Assembly: GCA_024679065.1 (NCBI GenBank)
Contig: JAGIQG010000012.1
Span: 64,976,001 to 65,040,000, forward strand
Direction of reading: 5' to 3'
Origin: Sphyrna mokarran
Lineage: Eukaryota
DNA length: 64,000 nucleotides
Part shown: positions 23,096 through 37,476 of the stretch, piece after piece
Layout: every line of letters begins with the position of its first letter
How positions within the stretch are numbered: the first letter of the stretch is position 1
Translations under genes and position numbers: made by a program
Notes under the pieces: model-generated
The model's database searches: none
The model's input: only the letters and a program-made list of their open reading frames with translations
What the model was told of the DNA's origin: nothing

Positions 23096-26000
23096 ACTCA
23101 CAAACACACACTCACATTGAACTCATACACAGTCTAATACACACTGAACTCACATTCACACAGACTTAGATTGAACTCACAATCATACACTTACAAACTG
23201 AGCTCATACACACACAGACTTACACTGAACTCACACTCGCACAGAATTAAACTGAGCTCATATTCACAGACTTACCCAGAGCTCACAATCACACAGACAT
23301 ATGCTGAGCTCACATTTGCACAAACTTACTCTGAGCTCACAGTCACACACACAGTGAGTTCATACAGCCTTACGCTGAGCTCATACTTGCACAGACTTAC
23401 ATTGAGCTCAAACTTGCACAGACTTACACTGAGCTCAAACTTGCACAGACTTGTACTGAGCTCACACTTGCACAGACTTGTACTGAGCTCACACTTGCAC
23501 AGTCTTACTCTGAGCTCACATTTGTACCAACTTACACTGAGCTCACACTCAGAGACATACACTGAGCTCACACTCACACTACACTGAGCTCACACTCACA
23601 CAGATTACACTGAGAACACACTTGCACCAACTTACATTGAACTCATACACTCATATAGATTTACACTGAGCTCACACTCGCACATACATATTCTGAGCTC
23701 ACACTCACACAGACTTACACTGAACTCACACACACACAGCCTTACACTGAGCTCACACTTGCACAGACTTACACTAAGCTCACACTCACACAGACTTACA
23801 CTGAGCTCACACTCAAGAGAGTTACACTGAGATACATTCACATAGACATACACTGAGCTCACATTTGCAGAAGTACACTGAGCTCACACTCACACAGACT
23901 TACTCTGAGTTCATACTCACAAAGAGTTACACTCAGCTCACACTCACACAGATGTATACTGAGATCACAGTCACACAGAGTTACACTGAGTGAACACTCA
24001 CACCGACTTACGCTGAGCTTACATTCACAAGACTTGCACTCAGCTCAGACTCCCACAGATTTTCATTGAGCTCACACTTGCAGAGACCTACACTGAGCTC
24101 ATCCTTGCATAGATTTAAACTGAGCTCACACTCACAGAGGCCTACACTGAGGTCACACTTGCACAGACTTACTCTGAGCTCATACTCGCAGACTTACACG
24201 GAGATCACCCTTGCACAGATAAACACTGAACTCACACTCACACAGACTTACACTGAGGTCACACTCACACAGACTTACACTGAGGTCACACTCACACAAA
24301 CTTACACTGTGCTCACATTTACGCAGACTTACATTGAGCTCACACTCACACTGACTTACATTGAGCTCATATACAAAGACTTACTCTGATCTCACACTCA
24401 TACAGAATTAAATCAAGCTCACACTGGCAGATTTACATTGAGCTCACACTCACACAGACTTATGCTGACCTCACACTGACGCAAATGTATACTGATTTGA
24501 ACTCACACTCGGTTTTACTCTGAGCCCATGTTCATACAGACTTACACTGAGTTCACAGTCATGAAGAGATACACTGAGCTCATACATGCACAAATGTATA
24601 CGAAGCTCACACTCACACCGGCATACACTGAGCTCACATTCACAAGACTCACACTCAGCTCAGACTCGTACAGACTTACAATGAGCTCACGCTTGCACAG
24701 ACTTATACTGAGTTCATGCTCACACAACCAGGTACACAGACCTCACACTCTCACAAATGTACACTGAGCTCACACTCGCACAAATGCACATTCACACATG
24801 CACACACTGAATTTACACTCCCACAGACTTTTATTGAGCTCACACTTGCACGGACTTACACTGATCTCACACTCACACAGACATGCACTGAGCTCACACT
24901 CACACAAACATACACAGAGCTCACAGTTGCACAGTCCTACAATGAGCTTACACTCACAGAGACTTACACTAAACTCACAAACACACAGCCTTACACTGAG
25001 CTCACACTCACACAAATTAATACTGAATGCACACTTACACAAGTTCACACTTGCACAGACTTACACTGACAAACACACACTCATACAGATTTACATTGAA
25101 TTCACACTCACACAGATTTACACTGAGCTTAGACTTCCGCAGACTTACACTAAGCTCACAGTCATGCAGACATACACTATGCTCACACTCAAACAGATGT
25201 ACACTGAGCTCACACTCACACAGATGTGCACTGAGCTCACACTCACACTGACTTATATCGAGCTTACACTCCTGGACTTGCATTCAGCTCACACTCACAC
25301 AGATTTATACTCGTACTGAGCTCATACTCGCACAGACTTGCACTGAGCTGACACTCACATAGATGTGCATTGAGCTCACACTTGCACAAGCTTACATTGA
25401 GCTTATGCTCACAGCAACTTACATTGAGCTCACACTCACACAGACTTACATTGAGTTCACACTTGCACAGATTTAGACTGAGCTTACTCGCACAGGAGTT
25501 GCACTCAGCTCAGACTCGCACAGATTTATACTGAGCTCAAACTCAGTCAGATGTGCGCTGATCTCAGTGTAGCTCATATTCATACAGACTTAGACTAAGC
25601 TCACACTTGCACTGACTTACACTGAGCTTACACTTACAGGACTTGCACTCAGCTCACATACACAGATTTATACTGAGCTCACACTAACAAGACTTACACT
25701 GAGCTTACCTGCACAAGACTTGCACTCAGCTCACACTCACACAGATTTATACTGAGCTCACACTCACACAGACTTACACTAAGTTCACATTCACTCAGGT
25801 GTGCGCTGAGCTCACAGTTGCACAAACTTATGCTGAGCTTATGCTTGCAAAGCCTTATATTGAGCTCATACTTGCACACACTTATATTGAGCTCACACTC
25901 ACACAGAGTTATACTGAGCTCACACTCACACAAATGTACACTGAGCTCTCACTTGCACAGACATATGCACAGACCTACAATGAGCTCCCACTTGTACAGA

Positions 26001-29000
26001 CATACATTGAACTCATGTTCGCACAGACTTGCACTGAGTTCACACTCATATTGACTTACACTAAGCCCAACCTAGCACAGACTTACACTGAGCTCACACT
26101 CACATAGCCTTACACTAGGCTCATACTCACAAAGACATTCACTGAGCTCACACTCGCACAGATTACACTGAGAACACACTTGCACCGACTGACACTGAGC
26201 TCCCACGTAAAATTACGCTAAGCTCAAATTCACGCAAACTTTCACTGAACTCACACTCACGCAGACATACACTGACTCTCATTACCACAACTTGCATTAA
26301 TCTCACATTAACACTGACTTACACTAAGCTCAGTCACACAGTCATACACGGAGCTCATTCAAACATACATTGAGCTCACATTCACATAGACTTACACTGA
26401 ACTCACACTCAAACACTGACACTGAACTCACACTCACACAGACTTACATTGAGCTCACATTCACACAGATGTACGCTGCCCTCACACTCACACAGATTTG
26501 CACTGAGAGCACACTCACACAGGCTTACTCTGAGCTCACACTCACACGAGCTACAGTGAGATCATACTCTCACAGACTTATGGTGAGCTCACACTCGTGC
26601 AGACTTATGGTGAGCTCACACTCGCACAGACTTATGGTGAGCTCACACTCGCACAGACTTACAGTGAGCTCACACACACACACAGATGTACACTGACCTC
26701 ACACTCACACCACTGTACATTGAGATTACACCCACACAGACTTACATAGAGCTCACACTTGCACAGGTGTACATTGAGCTCACTCTCGCACAGACTTCCA
26801 AAGCTCACACTTGCACTGACTGAGCTTACACTAATTAAACTTGCACTCAGCTCACACTCACATTGATTTATACTAAGCTCATGCTCACACAGACTTATAA
26901 TGAGCCCACACTCACACAGATATGCACTGAGCTCATACTCACACAGATGTACACTGAGCTCATGCTTACACAAACATGCATTGAGCTCACACTCACACAG
27001 ACTTACACTGAGTTCACACTTGCACAGACTTATTCTGATCTCACATTCGCAAAGACTTATACTCAGCTCACACACACAGATTTACAAAATTTTCTTTCAC
27101 AGACATTCAATGAGCTTATACTCGCACAGACTTACACTGAGCTCACACTCGCACAGACTTACACTGAGCTCACACTCACATCAACTGACACTAAGCTCAA
27201 CCTAGCACAGACTGACACTGAGCTCACACTCACCCAGACTTACACTGGCTCATATTCATAAAGACATTCACTGAGCTCACAGTTACACAGATTACACTGA
27301 GAACACACTCACACTGACTTACACTGAGAACACACTCACATGAATTACACTGTGCTCAAACTCACTCAGACTTTGACTGAACTCACACTGGTGCAGAACT
27401 ACACTGACCTCACACACATACGCACTTACACTCAGCTCACACTCACACATACATACACTGAACTCACACTCCCACAGACTTACATTGAACTCACACTCAT
27501 ACAGCCTTACTCCAAGCTTACACTTGCACAGACTTACATTAAGCTCACATTCACACAGACATACACTGAGCTCACACCCACAAAGAGTTACACTGAGATC
27601 ATAATTGCACAAACTTACACTGAGATCACACTCACACAGACTTACACTGGGCTCACAGTTGCACAGACTTACGCTAAGAACACACTCACACAGATTTGCA
27701 CAGAGCGCACACTCACACAAACCTACTCTGAACTCACACCCACATAGTTACACTGAGCTCACACCCATACATAGTTACACTGAGCTCACACCCGTACATA
27801 GTTACACTGAGTTCATACTCACACAGACTTATACTGAGCTCACACTCACAAAGACGTACACTGACTTCACGCTCACACTGCTTACACTGAGCTCACACTT
27901 GCACAGACTTACACTGAGCTCACACTCTCACACACTTACTCTGAGCTCACACTCACACAGACTTACACTAAGCTCACACTTGCACAGATATACACTGAAC
28001 TCACGCTCCCACAGACATGCACTGAACTCACACTTCTACAGACTTACATTGAGCTCACACTCACACAGACTTACATTAAGCTCACACGCACACAGACATA
28101 TACTGAGCTCACATTCAAATAGACTTAAGCTCTGCTCACACTCACACAGAGTTACACTGAGCTCACACTCAAACAGGCTTACACTGAGCTCACAATCACA
28201 CAGACGTATGCTGACCTCATGCACACAGATTTACATTGAGTTCAGACTCACACAGACCTATTCTGAGCTCACATTCACACAGACTTAGACTGATGTCACA
28301 CTCTAATAGACTTACACTGAGCTCACAGTCACACAGAATTAAACTCAGCTCACACTCACACAAATGTACACTGAGCTCACACTCCACAGACCTATACTGA
28401 GTTCACACTCTTGCATGCATATAGTGAGCTCACACTTACACACTTACTCTGAAGTCACACTAACACAGACATACGCTGAGCTCTCACACTTGCACAACCT
28501 TACTCTGAGCTCACACTCACACACTTACACTGAACTCACACTTGCACAGACTTACACTGAGTTCACACTCGCAGATTACCACTCTGAGCTCACACTCGCA
28601 CAGACTTACACTGAACTCACACTTGCACAGACTTACACTGAGCTCACACTTGCACATTACCACTCTGAGCTCACACTCACAAAGACTTATACTGAGCATG
28701 CATTCAAACAGACTGATACTGAGCTCACATCAAGTCTTTCACTGAACTCACTTTCACACACACTTTCACTAAGTTCACACTCACACAGGCTTACCCTGAG
28801 CTCGCACTCACACAGACTTACACTATGTTCACATTCAAACAAGCATATACTGAGCTCACAGTCAGACTTACATTGACATCACACTCACACAGCCTTACAC
28901 TGAGCTCACAATTGCACAGACTTACACTAAGCACACACTCACACTGGCTTACTCTGAGCTCACACACACACAGAGTTATACTGAGATCATACTTGCATAG

Positions 29001-30910
29001 ACTTACACTGAGTTCACACTCACAGAGAGTTACACTAAGTTCGCACAGACTTACACTGAGCTCACATGCATACAGACTCATGCTGACCTCACACTCACAT
29101 AGACGTACACTGAGCTCACACTCACACAGACTTACTGTGAGCTCACACTCACACAGACTTACACTGAGCTCACACTCACACAGACTTACACTGAGCTCAC
29201 ACTCACACAGACTTACACTGAGCTCACACTCACACAGACTAACTCTGAAGTCACACTCTAGACTTGCATTCAGCTCAGACTCGCACAGATTTTCAATGAG
29301 CTCACATTCACAGAACTCACACTTGAACAAACTTACAATGAGCTCACGTTTGCCCAGACCTGCACTGAGCTCACACTCAGAGACTTATATTGAGTGCTCA
29401 TTCACACAGACTTACACTGAACCCACACTCACGTAGACTTACTCAGATCTTACACTCACACAGACTTACACAGAACTCACACTCACACAGACATACACTG
29501 AGCTCACAATCATAAATGTATGCTGCCCTCACACTCACACAGATTTGCACTGAGTGCACAAACGCATACATACTCTGAGTTCACACTCACACAGTCTTAG
29601 TCTGAGCTCACATTTACACAGACTTACACTGAGCTCCCATATTATATTATGAGCTTATATTGAGCTCACACTCACACAGACATACACAGCTCACACTCAC
29701 ACTGGCTGAGGCTTACACTCATGAGGCATGCACTCAGCTCACACTCACACAGACTTACACTGAGCTCACACTCACACAGACTTACACTGAGCTCACATTC
29801 ACACATTCATACATTGAGCTCACACTACACAGATTTACACTGAGCTCACACTTGCACAGACTTACACTGAACTCCCATTCACACAGACTTATATTGAGCT
29901 CACACTCACACATACTTACATAGAGTTCACACTCACACAGACTTACACAGCTCACACTCACACTGACTGAGGCTTACATTCATAAGACGTGCATTCAGCT
30001 CAGAATCACACAGACTTATACTGAGCTCATACTCACACAGACATACATTGAGATAATGCACAGATTTACACTAAGTTCACACTCACACAGCCCTGCAATG
30101 AGCTTGCACTCATACAGAGTTAAACAGAACTCAGTCACACTTACATTGAATTCAAACTGTCACAGACTTTCACCGAGCTCATACTCACACAGATGTACAC
30201 TGAGTTTACACTCACACACACTTACACTGAGCTCATGCTCGCGCAGACATACACTAAGCTCACACTTGTGCAGACTTAGTCTGAGCTCACACTTGCAAAC
30301 ATTTACACTGATCTCGCACTTGCACAGCCTTAAATTGAGCTCACACTTACACAGACTTACACTGAGCTCACACTCACACAGTCTTACATAGAACTCAATC
30401 TCGCAGACTTATACTAAGCTCATACACAGAGATCACTCTCCCACAGACTTGCCCTCACACTCACACAGACTTACACTAAGTTCACACTCGCACAAATGTA
30501 CACTTAGCTCACACTCTCATAGACTTACTGTGAGCTCACACTCACACAGACTTACACTGAGCTCACACTCACACCAACTTACATTGAACTTACACTCACA
30601 AGAATTACATCTCAGAACTCACATGCCCGAAAACCAACTGAGGTCACGCTGATGCAGACTAACTCTGAGCTTACACTCACACAGACTAATTCTGAAGTCA
30701 CACTCATAAAGAGTTGCACTGAGCTGACACTCGCATAAACATATACTGAGCTCACTCTCACACCAACTTACATTGAACTTACACTCACAAGAATTACATT
30801 CATCTCAGACTCATTTAGACTTATACAGAGCTCACACTTGCACAGATTTACTCTAAGGTCACACTAACACAGACTTACACTGGGCTTACAGTCACACAGA
30901 CTTATACTGA
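23095..30910. repeat. 27-bp minisatellite (consensus CTGAGCTCACACTCACACAGACTTACA), roughly 290 copies
   Basis: Direct reading of tandem units, with a near-perfect run at ~29110-29240. It translates as 9-aa repeats TELTLTQTY / HRLTLSSHS / CECELSVSL. Copy number is span divided by 27. Confidence 0.97.
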
Positions 30911-32525
30911 ACTCATACTCACTCACACTAAACTTACACACTCACACTGAGCTCACTCACACTCACTTGCTATGTACTCATTGACAATCACTCATACTGA
31001 GCTCACTCACACTCACTCACACTGACCTCACTACGCTCTCTCACACTGAATTCGCTCACATTTATCACACTGGACTCACACACTCACATTGAGCTCACTC
31101 ACACTGAGCTCACTCACACTGAGCTCACTCACACTCACAGCTCACAAACACTCATTCACACTGAGCTCACTCACACTCACTCACACTGAGCTCACACACT
31201 CACTCACACTGAGCACACTCACATTCATTCACAATGAGTTCACACACATTCACACTGACCTCACTCACGCTCACTCACACTGACCTCACTCACACCCATT
31301 CATACTGAACTCATTCACACTCACACTGACCTCACTCACACCCATTCATACTGAACTCATTCACACTCACACTGACCTCACTCACAGTCTCTCATACTCA
31401 ACTCACTCACACTCTCTCACACTGACCTCCCTCATACTCTTGCACACTAAGCTCACACACTCATTCACAATGAGTTCACATACATTCACACTGAACTTAC
31501 TCACACTGAGCTCACTCACTCTCACTCACAGAGTTCACTCACAGTCACTCCCACTGAGCTCACTCACACTCACTCATATTGAACTCATTCACACTCCCAC
31601 TGAGCTCACTCACACTCCCACTAAACTCACTCACACTCACTCACACTGAGGCCATGTCATTGAGCATCTTTAAGACAGAGAAAGATAGATTCTTGATTAA
31701 TAAGTGGATCAGGGGTTATGGGGAAAAGGAAGGAGAATGAGGATGAGAAAAATACCAGCCATGATTGAATGGCAGAGCGGACTCAATCAGCCAAGCAGCC
31801 TAATTCTGCTCCTATGGGTCTTTGGTCTTATGGTCTTTTCTTCTTTATGAATGGGAAAAGAATAGCATAGCACGCAAGAAACAATACTTTTCACTGCATA
31901 CTAATATATGTGACAATAATAAATTCAATCAAATCAAATAACACTCATTCTTAGCTCATTCACCGGCACACTCAGATTGAGTTTACACACTGACTCACAG
32001 TAGCTCACTCACACTCATTGTTGCACTGAGCCCACAATTCATACCCACAGTACTCATTCACTCAATAAGCTCACACACTCACACTTTTCACCCTCTCACC
32101 TGAAGTTACACTGAGCTCACTTTCACTCACAATCACTGAACTCATATTCACTCACTCTGTGTTCACTCCTACTCACTCTCACTTGGCTCCCTCACACTCA
32201 CATTGAACTCATTCACACTTACCTCACAGAGTGTTCCCTCTCGTACAAAAGTTATACTAAGCTCACTCATATTTACAGTTGCATGAGCCCACACAGTGCA
32301 CTCACTCCCAACCACTTACTTAGCTCCCTCATGCTCACAATAATCTCACTCACACTGAGTCCCCTCACACTCAGCTCACTCCCACTCAGCCCCCTCACAC
32401 TGAACTCACTCACATTCACAGTAAACGCCCTCACACTCACACTGAGCTTCCTCACATTCACACTGAGCCCTCTCACACTCACACTGAGCCCCCTCACACT
32501 CACACTGAGCCCTTTCACACTCAAT
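30910..32525. repeat. Variant continuation of the array with shorter units (15, 21 and ~25 bp) around the same CACACTGAGCTCAC core
   Basis: CACACTGAGCTCACT repeats at ~31085-31135 and CACACTGAGCCCCCTCACACT repeats at ~32430-32520; interrupted by LINE tails. Confidence 0.9.
31650..31940 (+). mobile_element. Two LINE 3' tails (CR1-type, then a (AATCA)n-tailed type) inserted in the satellite
   Basis: GATAGATTCTTGATTAATAAG...GGGGTTATGGGGAAAAGG...CCTAATTCTGCTCCTATG-GGTCTT repeats; then TACTTTTCACTGCATAC...TGTGACAATAATAAATTCAATCAAATCAAAT (same tail at ~22100-22125). Confidence 0.8.
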
Positions 32526-33090
32526 TTCACAGTTTATTTTTAAAATTATTTATTAGTCTGAAGTAGACTTACATTCACAATGCAGTTATTGCATTAGCTG
32601 TCAGAATTACATTTACACTGGGATGACTCCCATACATTCCCATTCCCATTCAGATTATTCATTCCCATTCACAATGATCACATCTTCTTTCACACACCCT
32701 TAATCTGATACCATTCACCCAAATTCTCCTGCACTGATTTATTTTGTTGTAGACTCATACTCAACTGAGCTGGATAATATCAATTTTGACTACAATCATT
32801 TACTCTGAATTACACTTCAATTTGCATTCAGTTACTACAATACTGGATTTATGTTACACATCAATACTTTGAGCTAACCAAGGCATATTCTGCCGATATG
32901 CACTCACTGCTACAATAACACAAATGCAATTATTCTTCTCTTATCTTTGCTGATTACCTTGACCAATACACACCGATGGTCACAAGTACACCGTGTTAAT
33001 TCACACAATGTTATCACTGCATGGATGTGTCACATGCTTTCACTGTTAAAACCAAGTTTGTTGACACATGCTTAACATTAGTACAACACC

Positions 33091-33107
33091 ACTGAAGGTG
33101 GCAGTGT
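33091..33107 (+). promoter_or_regulatory. Weaker CTCF-like motif
   Basis: ACTGAAGGTGGCAGTGT; 11/14 match with an intact AGGTGGCAG core; lies at the edge of the transposon-free domain. Confidence 0.4.
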
Positions 33108-34844
33108 AAATGGAGCTATGTGGGACATGAGGAATTCACTCTCAGGGTTAGTGGTTGAGATAAAACTGGGTTGGTTGTCGAATGAATAGTTGAAAGAGGG
33201 AAACGAGAAGAGGACAGATGAAGGTACTTAGAAAAATTTGCAGGCTGACTGATTAGATTGAATAGCTGCTTCCATGTTGCAAGTTCCTTGAATCGTGAGT
33301 CCACTTGAGCAGCCGAAGTGAACTGATACTCTCTGGAGGAGGCTTCGCCGTCAGTTCCGGAGCTTGTTTGTGCCTTTTCCCGGATTAGTTTCGCTGCGAT
33401 GCGAAGCTGAAACTACTTTGGAGGGGAAATGCTAAACTTGTTAAGATGCATAATGACACACAGAAATGCGAACCGAGCTGCAGATTTTTCAGAGGTTACA
33501 ATCAGCTCACTGACAGTGACATGGATCCCCCCTCTCACTTGAGAGCTGATGGCTTGAGTCAATGAGATGGAAAGAGGCCCACAGACTCCAGGCGGCTGCA
33601 GTGCCCAAGACCCTCACATGAGCAAGATTAGCGGCAGATAGGGTATTCTTTATCCACACAGACCAACCGGATCCAGAAAAGCCGGGTCAGTAACAAGGGT
33701 CATCAAAGTGGGAAACGATAAAGGGCAAATATCGTTGCTTAGTGAGATTACAGTTGTATCAACTTGGGGAAAGGTTGGGGACATGGTGCTTTCTCCTGAT
33801 TTCTCAAGCTGCTGAACAGCTCATCCCAAAAATCTTGCCAAGTTGGGCAGCGTAGACACTAGCGATATGCGGCAGAGTAACTCTCCGCGTTTAATAGAAC
33901 ATGTAGGAATGGACCAGAGAAAGATCGAGGGGACTTCTAAAGGATAATGTCCGGAAAGGAACCAGATTCGCAGCCGCAGGCAGGCAGCACGCTCAGAAAC
34001 ACATCTCCCTCCTGCATAAAAACGGATCAGGCTCTAGAATCATAAAGTACACCTGTATTGTTTGCGGAAGCATTCATCGTCTTACATTTTGCACACGCAC
34101 CCGAACAGAACATCAGTGTTACACAAAACTGGCAGTTGCCCAGTAAGTGGGTACTTGTTTTCTGGATAAATGAGTTGTTGCACACGCCACACAAATCATT
34201 CTCCCAGACAAGTGGGGTCAGAGGCATGCCTTCCGGTTAAGTGATTAATCAGGTAGAGACATGCGGTGGTCGGATTGTGAGAATCATACAAGCGGATATT
34301 ACAATATCTACTTAAGCATAAGCCTTTGAATTATAAATTCGCATTGCATTACAGAAAGCCAATCGGCCCACCGTATCTCTGCCAGCTCTTAAAAGACCTA
34401 TTCACTAATTCTCCTCACCTGTTCTTTTTTCCAAAAGCTTTTGCATCGTTGTCCTCAGGTAAAAGACAAATAAAGAACCGAGATTGGTCCGTTCAGCGCA
34501 CTCTGGTACATCCAGAAACAAAGGTGTGGAATTATAATTCGAACACACGCATATAAACATTTACACACATAGACACAGTGCACACATACACATTCACACT
34601 CATCTGCAGGCGAAACTCCAGGCTGTTGATCTCACAGCAATGAGTGAGATAGGAATATTTTGTTTGCAAATGACAGGAAATAGGAGAAGTGCAATATTAG
34701 AAATTCGCACGATAAACCTTCGCGATTATTTTGTCGAATCAACGATATAAAAGAGAAAAAATAGTGGCCTGGCCTAACCACTTTTATCCATAGGACGGGA
34801 AGTTCGTGAACTGTAAGTTTTCACACATCCTTCTGTATTCCCAC

Positions 34845-35027
34845 ACACGTGCAGACATATACATACACAAATATGCACGCACATATGCAGAACAGACATG
34901 CACTTTCACACCCATATACATACACTTACGCACACTTATCCACACATACACACATTAACACACATACATACACACACATATCAATATATATACATACACA
35001 CACACATACACACACGCATACAAACAC
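34845..35027. repeat. Imperfect (CA)n/(TA)n microsatellite
   Basis: Direct reading. Confidence 0.85.
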
Positions 35028-36349
35028 AGGCAGTTGGTAATTAATAGATAGAGCAAATGAATTAGAAACAGTGGAGTGGCGATCACGAAATAATTCATTC
35101 GTTGTAGAACACATATTTTTAGCCTGTTTAGAGACTTCACTAATGCAAATAATGCAACTAACAAGTTAAATGAGTGATAAGTGGGGGGAGGGGTAAGGGG
35201 GGATTAACTAGTGGAGCGAAGGAGGCAAATTGAACAGGTTGTCCACAAACTCAACAGCGAAAGCACATAACTTGTCCAGACTGTACATAGAAACATCCAG
35301 ACATTTAATAGACGTACACATTGTTGACAATCACAAGTGACTTTCCAAAAGTATGTACCATTTCAATAATGCTAAGGACATGTATGTATGATACAATATA
35401 TAGCTAACTATCCACGTTATTATCCAGTAATGCATGTTTCTGTTTACATATCCCAGTTTATATCGAAATGGCATTCAGCTAATGTGTCTCTTAGACCTGC
35501 CTAAATAGGTACTATTTCAAAACAAGACTACATAAAATGGAACTATTAGAGCCCTGAACCCAATGCACTGGCAGCGTAAGTGCTGAAATGTGCTGTAATG
35601 TTTAACACTTCAATTTGTTGATGTATTATGCATCATCTAACATGACTTCTAAAATATGGGCTCGGTCGTCACTGTGCAGGCAGTTTCCTGATCCCGTTTG
35701 AAAACTAAATTATGTATCCAACTGATACGGACTTGCCCTTCCAGTAAAGTGAAACGCGTAAGCAACTAAAATGATTTAATGATTATTCGGCCGTAACTTC
35801 ACAATCAGGCCAAAGGCTCCTTTTTATCACATTTTGGACAACTGTCCCCACATAGTTAAAACTAATCTCGGGGAAATCGTAAATGGATCGATATATAATA
35901 GTTTGAACACATTAATACCAACGTGCTGACTGTATATCAAATAAAACACTAATTAATTATTACTTAACAATAAATTCCATCAGGTTTAGGAAATATTGAT
36001 AATACACTTTTCAGTTGGCAATTGACTGGAGCCAAGTTTAAATTATGGAACACACTTTTATCTCTATGCTAAGGCACTAAGCACACGCGTGTGACACCCA
36101 TATTTGCTATGTTACTAAATATGAACAAAATCACATGGGCAATTTCAACAAGCAAAGAATTTATGGTATTTGAAAATGTAGATACACGCATTTAAAGAAA
36201 ACTACATCGGTGGAAGTCCTATTTAATTGCGTACTCCTTCAGTTTAATTTGCTATCTTTGAGTTAATTACTATTTATGAAATTGAAATTAAAAATGGATA
36301 AATGGCATGCGTCCCTTTTAATTATTTTACTGCCAGGGCCGATAGCTAA

Positions 36350-36350
<1 letters not shown>

Positions 36351-36384
<34 letters not shown>

Positions 36385-36385
36385 G
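36351..36385. repeat. (GT)n microsatellite
   Basis: Direct reading. Confidence 0.9.
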
Positions 36386-37454
36386 ATTCGCCTAAGATTA
36401 CTATCAGCAGCCGAAGCTACAAGCAGCTAATCAAAACAATCAGGAAACTTGGCAATTAATGATGAACGAATGTACTAATCATTATATCATCCTGCTGAGA
36501 ATGTCAATGTAATGATGATGATATATCGGTTATGACGGTAAATACGAACCTGACAGTAACATTTTACAGCCACCGCTTGGATATGGTCCAATATTCGCAA
36601 ACTAATCTTCAATTACACACAAAGCGAAGTGACTGAAAAGAGAAAAACGGCCTTGCCTTTGAGGAACAGAAATATGAATCCCACAGTTTAAACTGCCATC
36701 TACAAAGGCGGGTTTAATTCCACCTAATCCACAGAGAGAATTGGAAGTTTTTTTAAAAAAAACCTTCTGAGAATGCCTCGAAACAGAACGAATATTCTGT
36801 CAATTTCCTTCCCTTAAATGAAGATAAATTAATTAATCTGTTGTTGTGGCCTTTGCTTGTCTGGGGTTCCCATTCATCCCAGAGAGGTCACGATCCCATC
36901 TGCCTATGACAACAAATCAAAGTTCAAATGGGCGGCTTATGTGGCAGTTGATCCTGTATCATAGTCTTTCGTGATCCTTCAATTACTATTTAATAGAATT
37001 ACAGTTTTAAATCCAAATAGTCTTAAAGAATGTTTTTCTCTATTATCAGGAAACAGTGAACGAGTAACAAGTACCGAATGCACCGTGTAGTGCACTGCGG
37101 GGAACTATCCATTGACAGGTCACACAGCTCCTGATGTCCAGTGCTCCAACTTACCACCACATGTTCTACGCTATATTAATTACTTATATTTAAATCCTCC
37201 GAAACTTTCTAAATACTCTAATCGTTTCTTAAAAACGAATAATCATTTGAAATAGACATTCCTGCGATTTGCACAGAACGGGTGCAAAAGCCGGGAACCA
37301 TAGAAAACATTCCCGAATTCCTCAAATATGATTCTACGTTCTCCAAATTCCTGTATTATCACTCAGAGAGGCACGCTGTCTGAGAAAAGTAACACGTTTC
37401 TATAATGTATAACAATTAGCCGAGGGGAGGACGGGGTGAGAGTGAGATTGGGGA

Positions 37455-37476
37455 GGGGGGGGGGGGGGGGGGGGGG
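37455..37476 (+). repeat. Poly-G run (22 nt)
   Basis: Direct reading. Confidence 0.9.

Noticed and set aside
23095-30910. Array considered as a CRISPR-like repeat-spacer locus
   Set aside because: Units are contiguous with no unique spacers, there are no cas genes, and the context is vertebrate.
23171-32543. Dozens of 60-227 aa ORFs (TELTLTQTY, HRLTLSSHS, CECELSVSL repeats) as mucin-like or metallothionein-like genes
   Set aside because: They arise from a 27-bp unit that is stop-free in several frames. They occur on both strands, are broken by frequent stops and frameshifts, and lack signal peptides or splice structure.
36693-36706. Additional weak reverse CTCF-like matches (here, ~8013, ~43555, ~57892)
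   Set aside because: About 11/14 or fewer, missing key positions; expected by chance in 64 kb.
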